Source: Octopus bimaculoides (taxonomy: Eukaryota). Taken from it: DNA of 64,000 nt. Both the position numbers and the translations under genes were made by a program. This document shows, piece after piece, positions 52,840 through 64,000 of the stretch. The stretch spans positions 31,269,812-31,333,811 of the forward strand of contig NC_068981.1 of assembly GCF_001194135.2 (NCBI RefSeq). The letters run 5' to 3'. Positions within the stretch are counted from its first letter, which is position 1. Each line of letters starts with the position of its first letter. The notes under the pieces were generated by a model. It saw only the letters and a program-made list of their open reading frames with translations, had not been told where the DNA came from and did no database searches.

Positions 52840-53759
52840 CATAGATAGATAGATAGATTGAGACACAGGGGGAGGGAAAGAAAGACAGAGAGAGAAAGAG
52901 AGAGACTTACAGATAGACAGGAGGAAGAGAGCGATCGAGAAAGAAAAATGTTTAATCAAGTGTCTAATTGCTTAATTGATTCATTGATTAATTAACTGGT
53001 TGATTTAATTGATCGATAGAATTATTAAGAAAATGTACGAGTCAGGAGTGTTGTGTGAGTGTATGTGTATGTGTACGTGAGTGTGTGTGTGTGCTTGTGT
53101 GTGTGTGTTTGCACGTCTCTGAGCAAGCGAGTGTATTTACATGTTGGTGCGTGTGCGTAGGTGTGTGTGTATGTGTGCGCGCGTGCAGTTGCGTATGAGT
53201 GTACATGTTTATATGTGTATGTGTGTGTGATACATATGGAGAAAGTTGGAGAAATGTAGAGTAATTGTTTGAAATATTTTCAGAGGAAGATGAATGAAGA
53301 CGAAGGAGAGAAGGGAAGGAGAAGTGAGAGTGAGACGAGAGAGAGGGTGGGAGAAACAGTGGGAGAAACGGAGAGCGAGAGAGAAAGAAAGTTAAGAAGT
53401 GAGAGAGTGGGATGTACTTGAGGAAGTTGTAATGAGAACAGCAGAAAACAAGAGATAGAGAGAAATAGAAAGACAAAAAAAGAAAAGGTAACAAGTGTGT
53501 GTGCGTGTGAGACAGAGAGAGAGAGTGAGAGCGAGAGAGAGAGAGGGGGTGGGGTGGGAGTGAGCGAGTGAAAGGCTGTATTATAGAGACATGTCTATGG
53601 AACAAAATAATAGAGGAGAGATAGAAAGAAAATATATTGTGATAGAAAGATTATTTTATATATATATATATATATATATTGATAGGAAGGACAACAAAAG
53701 AAAGAAAGAGACCTCGATATTATGTAAATAGAGGAATTTTAAATCCTATCTATCTCATT

Positions 53760-53835
53760 TCTATCTCATTTGTTCGACTAAAGGCAGTGTTCCAGCATGG
53801 CCACAGTCAAATGACTGCAACAAATAATAGAATAA
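53760..53835 (+). mobile_element. SINE family A tail fragment
   Basis: TTCGACTAAAGGCAGTGTTCCAGCATGGCCACAGTCAAATGACTG. Confidence 0.65.
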
Positions 53836-53961
53836 AAATATATCTTATATCCGAAAAAGAAACACACTGTCTATCAGAGAGGGAAACACAAATGGAGAGA
53901 AAGAGGCAAATAAAAAGATAGATAGATAGATAAATGGAGAAAGAGAGAGAGGAAGAGAAAG

Positions 53962-54034
<73 letters not shown>

Positions 54035-54129
54035 GCTGACAGACAGAAAAAATAACAGAAAAATAAAAGGAATGTCTTAACATATTGGTTCCAAATTTTG
54101 GCACATGGTGAAAATTTTCGGGAAAGAGA

Positions 54130-54255
54130 GTAAGTTGATTCACTGGTTCTTGTTTTATCAACCCCAAAAGGGCGAAAGGCAAAGTCGACCTCAACTGACT
54201 GTAGATTAAAAACATAAAGATGGACGAAATGCCGCTAACGATTCTGCCAGTTCGT
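54130..54255 (-). mobile_element. SINE family B partial copy
   Basis: ATCAACCCCAAAAGGGCGAAAGGCAAAGTCGACCTC...GCTAACGATTCTGCCAGTTCG. Confidence 0.7.
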
Positions 54256-55117
54256 TGTCTTAGATTGTATTGATAATATTAACAAAAAATAGGACTTGTG
54301 GTCATTAAATGTTAGGTAGGTTAACAGCTTGTTTTTTTTATATACATGATCTTATAGTAAATAATCTGTTATTATTTCTGTTGTATTTAGTATTGTTGCT
54401 ACTGATTCACGAAGCGTCTAGCTTATCTAAAAGAAAGCTGTTAGGTTTTACATGCATACATACATATATACATACACACACACAAATACATCCGCCTATA
54501 TATATATAAATATATGTGTATATGTGTATGTGTATGTACAATTATATGTGTATGTATACACATATACAGATATAAAAGTGTGTATGTGATACACGCAACA
54601 CACAAGCATACTATACATGCATGCATGTATGTGTGTGGGTGTACAAATATATATATATATATGTATATATNNNNNNNNNNTACATATATATATATATCAA
54701 AAAGTGCCATCACTCTCTGTCATTAATTGCCGTGAGCTCAATATTTGGGCAGTGAGATATCAAACCCTCCAGAGATAATAACAATTTATAAATCACTTAT
54801 GCTAAGTAGGTTAAACGACTGCTCACCACTTTGGTCTCGTACTAGACTAGGTCTTACATCCTAACCAGAGAAATTCCATAGATGTTTCGCAGCTTTAGCC
54901 ATGCTACCTAGAACGACGTAATGTATTGAAGAATACGCACAAAATCCCATTCACACACATACAGACGCACTCGTACCAACCCACACATCACGCATTGGTA
55001 TATAATATGAGTTTATGCTTGTATATATGAGTATGTGTATGCTAAACAATATTTACGTAGACGCGCACACACTTAGATATGCATGCTTATATACATGTTT
55101 GTGTATTTGTATATGTG

Positions 55118-55165
<48 letters not shown>

Positions 55166-55197
55166 GAGAGAGAGATATATATAGCTAGCTAGCTAGC

Positions 55198-55241
<44 letters not shown>

Positions 55242-56389
55242 AATATTTTCTTTTGCCCTACTTTCATTCACTAGATTGTGATCATAATAGGGCATGACAT
55301 CCATGTTTTTTTCTGTAATATATCACTGAAAAAGACTTATTACTGTGTGGTATATATTTTATCGGCTCGTAGTTGCTGAACCGCTAATTTACAGGATACA
55401 ACACGAACATGCATATAGATTATCATTTCATAAAACGCAAGTTGCTGTGAAAAACTATTCATTGATAATGTGCATTCGAGCGGGTGTTCTCCACTGATGT
55501 TCAATCATTATATAAAATCACGTCAGTTATATTTTCACACAATTACATAGTCTTTTGTGAGTATCATAGTAACCTTATCAAATCGAAATTCTCATAGATG
55601 TTTGTGTTTGATTCGTAGAAATATAAAGTGTTCAGTTAGATGAGATAAAGTAATAATCATGATCTTTGCAGGTTTCTTAAACTGCTTAGGTTAATGGTTC
55701 AGCTGTCCAGACTGAATACCTGTCTACTGTGTAGAAAATTCATACTCAGAGAGTAAGCCTCCGCACTTGGTTCTAATACTCTCAGCATAATTATCTTTGT
55801 AAAAGTTACATATTCGCAAGAAGGTGTCAATCACCCCAGATTACAAGAATAAAAACAGTAATGTAAGACAACGAAATAAAATTGCTGCCGCATTAAAAGA
55901 AAAAAATCATCGTGGTTCATATCTATTGTAGAATTGAAGCTCATTCCTTCCTGCTAAAAATTAACCCTTCCATCAAATGTTACTTTCAAATGTTGATATG
56001 ACAAATATATGCCATTCATGCTGCCTAAATAGATTCGGGTATGCATAGCTACATCTCGTGGACATGGAAACCACCTAAGGTGCGAATCAATTGTTCTGGA
56101 ATGAGAGACTGATGACAAGATATTGCAAAACTTTCAAGAATACATAATTGCACGTTGCACTGACCAAAAATACTAATATGGGGACATAGTAAAAAAAAAA
56201 TATATATATATATAGATTTTTGCTAATTTAATAAGGTACGTGATAAATGCATTTTATATATAATTATATATATATATATATACATACAGAGAGAGAGAGA
56301 GAGGGGAGAGAGAGAGGAGAAAGGGTAGAGAGAGAGGGAGTAGGGAGAGAGGAGACGGAGAGAGAGGAGAGAGGGAGAAGGGAGAAAGA

Positions 56390-56591
56390 GGCGCCTAGTT
56401 TAGTGGTTAGGGTGTTGCATTTATGATCGTAAGACTGTAGCTTTGATTCCTAGCCCGGGAGGTGAGTTGTGTCCTTATGCAAAATACTTTGTTTCGTGTT
56501 GCTCCAGTCCAGCTGGCTAAACTGAATAATCCTGCGACGGACCTAGGGGAGAATATATACGCCACAGAATCTGGGAAACCGGCCTTATGAG
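56390..56591 (+). mobile_element. tRNA-derived SINE, family C
   Basis: GGCGCCTAGTTTAGTGGTTAGGGTGTTG head (A box TAGTGGTTAG), TTTGATTCC B-box remnant, GTTGCTCCAGTCC central motif; tail CACAGAATCTGGGAAACCGGCCTTATGA shared with 61190-61410. Confidence 0.78.
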
Positions 56592-56630
56592 ACGGAAAGG
56601 AGCTTGATCATTTTTCTTTTTGACATATAT

Positions 56631-56742
<112 letters not shown>

Positions 56743-57281
56743 TGTCTATCAGAAGAAACGTTTGTAATGCTAAATAAATTCCATGGCCTAGTAAGAGAAA
56801 CAACACATCTGAACTTAAGAGGCTAACAACATTAACATCGTCATGTCTATACCTCCGCATGCATTTATAGAAGGTCTATTTGAAGAACTCGCCAGATAAA
56901 CTACACTCGTCAGGTACGAACTTCAAAGCTCAGGCTCCCCACACGTCGTCATCAGTCACCGTAATGCAAAAATTTAAACATATCCCTCTGATCATCATTT
57001 TAATCGCCCCACTTTTCTTCTTTATATTTTCTTAACCCATCCCTTTTTTTATTCCTTTTATCTAATTCATCTCTTTGTCACCCTTAATTTGTCTTTCTGT
57101 ATAACAACTGAACGACACGCTATTAGTCTACGTATTCGCCTTTCTTTCAGAGCCCCCGACATCTATTCCCCTAATTTCTTTCATGTCCTTTTATCTTTCT
57201 AAATTTGTATCCACCATTCTATTTATCTGTATGCATGCAAATCTCTCTCTCTCTCTCTCTCTCTCCCTCTCTCTCTCTCTT

Positions 57282-57318
<37 letters not shown>

Positions 57319-57332
57319 CTGTCTGTCTGTCA

Positions 57333-57396
<64 letters not shown>

Positions 57397-58199
57397 CCTC
57401 ATCCATTCCTACTATTATATACTTAATGTTTGTTCAATAGCTTTTCATTCACGCATAAGCAAGCATGTTAAACTTTCTGTAAAACCCGTATTTTAGACCA
57501 TCTCTCTTTCACAGTTTTAAGGGCCTCGTACTCCCACCTTACGAACAGACTGAATTTGTACCTGATACCTTGTCAGACAGCATATCTGTCTATCTCTCAA
57601 TGTAGTCTTTGCCTGTTGGACTAATCCAGAAATTTCCGTTTAGCCTTTTATGGTGTTTGCAATCTGATCATAGGTAGAAGTTAGTTTAATAATAACCAAC
57701 ACAATTCTAATCACCACCATATCCCCATTCACCTTAACTGGCATTCTTACTGAGCCAACGCCTCAAGAAACAATCGTTCACTCAGCTAGAAATAACAACC
57801 AAATATCCCTCAGATGGTAAGTTGTTGTCTTCAAAGCAACAATAAGACATTGCATAATGGTAAATTTGAAGAACTAAAAGATGGGATAGTTACAGCTGGA
57901 ACTTGTTTGATTGTAGGTCCACTAGATTAGGGCTGGCCTAAAGCAAAATAATAGCCAAAGACAAGTAATAATAAAAAGTTGTCACTGCCATTAATTAATA
58001 ACAATCTCTACTAATTAAGCACAAAGACATTTAGGAAGTGTATTGCTAATTATTTTCCCCATAACACGAATGACATAAGAGAAGAATTGGAAGGCAAAGA
58101 GAATAGAGGCAAGTATATCAATCCCTTACTGATGTACCCCTTTTCAAGCCTGAGAGTTTAGGAAAAAACTCGTTAACTCTGTCGCACTAATTTTCCGCT

Positions 58200-58335
58200 A
58201 ACCATTTTGTCACGTGAGTGAAATGGAACTGGAGCAACGTCAAATAATGCCATTGTTCAAGGTTATAATCCTCCTTCCGGGTCGGAAATCGAACTCTCGA
58301 CCTTATGATTGAAAACACACTTACCTAACCGTTAG
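58200..58335 (-). mobile_element. Degenerate family C-type SINE head
   Basis: GAACTGGAGCAACGTCAAAT...GGAAATCGAACTC.CGACCTTATGAT...CCTAACC. Confidence 0.55.
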
Positions 58336-58399
58336 TGGAAGTACATAACTTTTAGAAAATCGAAGTAGTGCTGCATTCGGATTTTATTATTGTTAAGGC

Positions 58400-58750
58400 A
58401 GAGACTGTAGGCCACCTGCGCGGCACCTTGGGCAAATAACTTCTACTATAGACCCTAGCCCCTAACCCTGGGCCAGCAAATGTGTTGTAAGTGGATTTGG
58501 TGGATGGAAACTCTGCGCGTGTTTATATATATATATGTGTGTATGTTTCTTAGTGTTATGTCTGACGTCTACCACAAACTGACAATCGCTGTTTACGCCC
58601 TTGTAACTGAGTAACTAGGCAAAAATAAATCGATAGATAAGTACCAAATTTAAAAATAAGTAATGGAATCGATTTGTGCAACCAAACCTTTCAAAGTGGT
58701 GCCCCAGTATGACCGCAGTCCAGTAACTCAAACAAGGAATAGATAAAAGA
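58400..58750 (+). mobile_element. SINE family A copy, old
   Basis: CTGCGCGGCACCTTGGGCAAAT...GTGGATTTGGTGGATGGAAAC...GTGGTGCCCCAGTATGACCGCAGTC. Confidence 0.7.
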
Positions 58751-59486
58751 AAAAATGTTTTGCGATATTCTGCTACAAACGTTTAGGATATGAGTTCAAA
58801 TTCTACGGGATTTCAAATACCAATAATATATGCAAGGGACGGTTTACCCCATTGCCATTATACCTATCCCCTTATAAAATTGTGGGCCTCTGGCAACGTA
58901 AGGAATTAGCATTTGAAGCTATAAATCTATTTCATTTCGCTCGATTAAGTAGAGATATTCGGCTGTCAGACTTTTGAAGTGGTTTCGAAACAACTTTCAG
59001 TTCAACCCCACATCGCCCCACCAGCAGCACCACCAGCTTCCCTCCACCACCACATCTACCATCAATACTACGCCTACCATTACCCTCACCACCACCTGTC
59101 TTCACACCACGCCCATCAGCAAGCACTATGCCTAAACTACCTCCCCAACATTACCAACACCTTCGTCCTACCCAGCCTTTGCATTCATTTTCCTTCCTTT
59201 TCGTCTCAATAGATTCATTACCTGCATCCCACCCGTCATTATATACCAAACAACCGTTCCCCGTTAATAACAATAGCACAACAATGAATGAATGGATAAA
59301 TAGATAAACAAATAAATAAAACGGCCCTTGTTTAAGTGTTGAGAAATGAACCGGCAACACCTGAATTAGGGTACGTAAGTGAAGGGACGGGTGAAAAGAT
59401 GGAGGCTGGGCATAGGAATCGGAGACTAAGTTTGTAAATAATATCTGCGTGCATGCGTACGTGCTACCAGTGATAGATAGATAGAT

Positions 59487-59489
<3 letters not shown>

Positions 59490-59557
<68 letters not shown>

Positions 59558-59889
59558 NNNNNNNNNNNNNNNNNNNNNNNNNNNNNNNNNNNNNNNNNNN
59601 NNNNNNNNNNNNNNNNNNNNNNNNNNNNNNNNNNNNNNNNNNNNNNNNNNNNNNNNNNNNNNNNNNNNNNNNNNNNNNNNNNNNNNNNNNNNNNNNNNNN
59701 NNNNNNNNNNNNNNNNNNNNNNNNNNNNNNNNNNNNNNNNNNNNNNNNNNNNNNNNNNNNNNNNNNNNNNNNNNNNNNNNNNNNNNNNNNNNNNNNNNNN
59801 NNNNNNNNNNNNNNNNNNNNNNNNNNNNNNNNNNNNNNNNNNNNNNNNNNNNNNNNNNNNNNNNNNNNNNNNNNNNNNNNNNNNNNNNN

Positions 59890-59941
<52 letters not shown>
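59490..59941. repeat. (GA)n microsatellite spanning an N gap
   Basis: (GA)n on both sides of the gap. Confidence 0.9.
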
Positions 59942-59943
<2 letters not shown>

Positions 59944-60200
59944 TGAATTAAAATCTGATTATAATTAACAGAGAAGAATTAAGGAATGAGTACGTATATG
60001 CAAAATAGGTCTCCTGTGTGTTTTCGTCTATGTGTATGTGAGTACACCCCCACCTACCTACCCCCACACATGCCATCCAAGGATTATTGTTCTTATTATT
60101 ATATGCCTATAAATATAAATATTTATATATATATATATATAGGCATATAGTAATAATAACAATAATCCATAATAAATGGCATACATGTGTGTGTATGTGC

Positions 60201-60245
<45 letters not shown>

Positions 60246-61189
60246 CACTCTCTCTTTCCTTTCCTGAGCGTCCAATAATACTATCCATATCACGTCCTCA
60301 CTTTGTTGTTTTTTTGTTTTTTTGTTATTGTTTTTTTTAAACTATATATATATATATGTATGTATGTGGTGATTGGTAGGCAGTCAAAACAAATTAGATT
60401 GATGCTTAGTTTTATAGGATTGACGGATAAGCTCTTGTCGAAAAATATAAATACAAAAAATATGGATACGCTTTGGTAGTGTCATAGTAAACGTATTTAC
60501 ACATTTATTTGCCTTATTTCATTCTTTCAATTTCGTTATAAGCAAATATTTAATTCGACATAATTCCATGCTAAAAATAATTCTCATTAACCGAATCGCT
60601 CACACATGTGATATCTGTCTGTTTTTACACACACACTCATACACACACATACACACAAACGCACACACACATACACACATGTAAATCTATTTATCTCTTC
60701 TCCTCCTCTCTCTTTCTCTATCATGTATCATTCATTCTATTACGCCCATACACGTGTGTACATATATATTTACACACTCACATGCATACGAATATATTTT
60801 TGTGTGTATAAGGTTGAAAAAATATCGTTATAGGTATAAATATGCCATAAACAATTATAGAAAAATGGACGAGAAAAATGTTGAACCAAAATTAAGATTT
60901 AATACAAAATAGGATTCAATACATACACGCGTTTCAAAGGACAATACAAATATGTAAGAAAAAAATTATAATCATAGTAATTATAATTAAATTTATGCAT
61001 TGTCATTCTCATCAGTGTGAGGAATTTTTGGAAGTATATCAAAAACGGTTCAATAAAATAAAGTAAATTAAAATTAGATACTATAAGAAAGAATACAAAT
61101 GGGGTAATGGGGGAAAATCGGGTATTTACAAGCAAGTTGTGTGTATATATACGTGTGTGTGAGTGAGTGCGTGTGTGTATGGGTGGAAG

Positions 61190-61410
61190 CAGGTGGTTCA
61201 ATGCTTAACTCATAATCGTAAAACTGGGCTTTCGATTCTTGGACTGAACGATGAGCTGTGTTCTTGAGTAATATATTTCATTTCACGTAGCTCCAGTCCG
61301 CTCAGCTTGCGATGGACTGGCATCTCGTCCAGAGGAGAGTATGAATACGTCACAGAATCTGGTGAGTATGTATACGTCACAGAATCTGGGAAAAACCCGG
61401 CCTTATGAAC
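61190..61410 (+). mobile_element. SINE family C copy
   Basis: Same centre (TTTCACGTAGCTCCAGTCC) and tail as 56390; a 26-bp unit is duplicated at 61337-61389. Confidence 0.72.
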
Positions 61411-61434
61411 TTATGCCTCGATAGGACCTTTGAT

Positions 61435-61605
61435 CCGTTTTATCTGTTCCACTCATTAGACTGCGGCCAGAACTTTTCGTTCAATAAATCGATCCCAGAA
61501 TTTTTATTTTTAAAGCCTAGTACTTATTATATCGATCTTTCTTTTGTCGAACCACTAAGTTATAGGAACGTAAACAAAACAACATCGGTTGTCGAGCAGT
61601 GGTAG
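61435..61605 (-). mobile_element. SINE family A, 3' half
   Basis: CATTAGACTGCGGCC...AAGCCTAGTACTTATT...AACATCGGTTGTCGAGC. Confidence 0.7.
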
Positions 61606-61690
61606 AAGATGCTGACAAAAAAAAATGAATCACTATCAGATTAGATGTTGCTTTTTACAACATAACTGTAAAAATTTCATCTCTCTCTCT

Positions 61691-61730
<40 letters not shown>

Positions 61731-62361
61731 CACACTTACACACACATATATGTACATATACATATATATGTATATAGAATCACACAAATTCACACACAAA
61801 CACTCATACGGACAATACTTAAAATATACCGCAGTTACTGAATTCAGTTTTGTTTGTTTACATTTTAAACATTCATCATTTAAAAGTATTCAGTTTCACA
61901 CATCTGACATGTCAACTGATGATAGTTTCGACTACTACATTATGATTGTATCTCAACACACAGATATATGATCTTAACCAAAATACAACGAGAGAGTCAA
62001 ATTTTCATTAAACCACACAATACCAATTTGAAAAATTGAGTGCAGTGAGATCTTGGATGCATTATTATGAAATAGAGACGGCTGACAATGGTTGAAGCGT
62101 TCTGATGAAAGATCCGCTGAGCAAGGATTAAGTACCTACAAACAGAAAATGAACTTCAATATTGTGTATGAGAGAGAAGTGGGTATTATTGGCCAGTTGA
62201 TCCCTCTAATGATTCTCCTCCACTCTGCTGCCTTTTATTGGCATGTTATAGGTGGGGTTCAGTTGGTACAACGATACAAGGCTCGAAGAGCCAAGAAGTG
62301 AGTGCGAGAGTATCTGACATGAATCTTTCGCTCTCCCCCCCCCTCTCTCTCTCTCTCCCCC

Positions 62362-62397
<36 letters not shown>

Positions 62398-62531
62398 TAC
62401 ATAAAAAAGAAAGAAAATAACCCTCCCGCAAATGTTTAGAGGTGTCCCACTTCTGGAGCACGACATCAATCTACATATTCTGTCATCAGGAGGCCCTGAT
62501 CTTAGAATATCAGATAGTCAATATAATTTAG

Positions 62532-62584
<53 letters not shown>

Positions 62585-63065
62585 CACATAGTCAATATTA
62601 TTTATCGACTCCGCCACACACACACACACACGTAAATTTCTTTTCTTGAATAGTCCAAGAGTGAAAGAAGAATATATAATATATGTTAAAACAAAAGTAT
62701 ATTTAGAATGCTTTATGTTAAAATACATGCATTCATATGTGTTTATATTTTTAAAAGTTTTGCTGCAGAACTCTACGAACTTAACGAAACAAAATCAAAA
62801 ATACACCCTGAGCATGTTGCAGCATCAAAAAGATACAGTGAACTAATATAGCAAAATGACAGCAAGAACGAAAACATGGCGACGACGACGACGACGAAAA
62901 CGTCGACGTCATTATAATCATAAAAGAACAACAATAACAAAGAACAACAACAACATCATTATCAGTATCTTCATTAATGTGAACACTGACAAAAACAAAT
63001 TAATCAGTATCAGATTAGACATTGCTTGTACAACATAACTGTAGGTAAAAATTTCACCTCCATAT

Positions 63066-63106
<41 letters not shown>

Positions 63107-64000
63107 CAACAACAAAAACACCACCAACAACAACAACAATAATAATAATAATAATAATGAAGTATGAAATGTTGTTATTGTTCAGAAATATGAAAGAGAT
63201 AATTAATTAACTCTGATCTCTATTTGCAATGTTGATGTTTATGATACTGACTCAGAAATTTTCTATTTCTTTTTTATTTCCTTAATTAATGAAAATTTCT
63301 AGAAATGTATATCTTTTTAGCATTTTTTATTATACATTTGTGAATCAATCTTCTTATCTATTTTTCATTTCCTGAAGCAATTCCCCTAATTCGCTCTTTG
63401 AACAACATTTGAGCGTTTTTTTTAAAGCATATTTTTTACGGCTTTGGTCTGCCATATAAGTTTTCTTGTTTTAATTTATTTTTTTTTTTTTAGAAGTTGA
63501 TACCTTCTAACCACTGTCCAGAAAATTTGACTCCTTAAAGACATACTTCAACAGAAGTGGACGTAAAGATAAGAGATTCTCAACTCTTCTTCATGGAGTA
63601 GTTGGCCCACGCATTCCAATAATGTATGTACACTGGGCAACTATCTTACGGACGACTTAGTTTATGGGATTATATAGGATGACATATACCATATCAGAAA
63701 TGTAGCGGTATTACAGTGAAATCGCACGTGCATTAAAGAACACATTCATACAAATTTGTCTTATGTTAGGAAGCACCTGAGATGTCATAACTAGAATAAT
63801 AAATTCTCCCTCAAAGCCAAAGATTGGAATACAGGAAATTTAAAGATTCAGCGGTGTATTCGTAATAGGAAAACTAAATCCTGTTGTGAATAACATAAAA
63901 CGATGTGCAACGTTAACTACCAAACAACAGAACATCCAACCTGCTCATGTTGCAATCCACTCCTCATCTAGACATAGCTTTGCTACTCAGAGCTATTTGC

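Noticed and set aside
56390-56460. tRNA-like sequences at SINE heads
   Set aside because: A and B boxes are present but no complete cloverleaf, and each continues into a SINE body. Not tRNA genes.
57555-57625. Minus-strand ...CLTR|GT phase-2 donor as the missing KCTD exon end
   Set aside because: The upstream residues (QAKTTLRDRQIC) do not match the BTB domain.
58451-58470. CCCTAGCCCCTAACCCT telomere-like repeat
   Set aside because: Only about two imperfect units, inside a SINE copy.
58932-59212. His/Pro-rich and Gly-rich ORFs
   Set aside because: A product of CCA-rich low-complexity sequence; no splice or homology support.
63500-63990. Possible LINE remnant (VHTLLECV) on minus
   Set aside because: A single weak motif with stops in all frames.

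Overview
AT-rich, microsatellite-dense eukaryotic genomic DNA with many N gaps. The repeat families and the one gene suggest an octopod cephalopod draft assembly; that is inference, not a database result. Only one host-gene segment is supportable: the terminal coding exon of a KCTD1/KCTD15-type BTB/POZ gene on the minus strand (37188-37782). Its upstream exon was not found, implying an intron over 26 kb or an exon hidden in a gap. The rest is transposon fossils: a near full-length Tc1-like element with DD36E spacing, an internally deleted DD37D (maT) element, two mariner relics, a mariner MITE, a hAT end, RTE and RLE-type LINE fragments, and about 30 copies of three tRNA-derived SINE families. 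No CRISPR array, rRNA or true tRNA gene was seen. I cannot demonstrate a new biological system. The best leads are two degenerate hammerhead-ribozyme-like folds (5125-5237 and 21839-21887), the DD36E transposon, a 186-bp foldback palindrome and an RTE tail encoding tandem C2H2 fingers.
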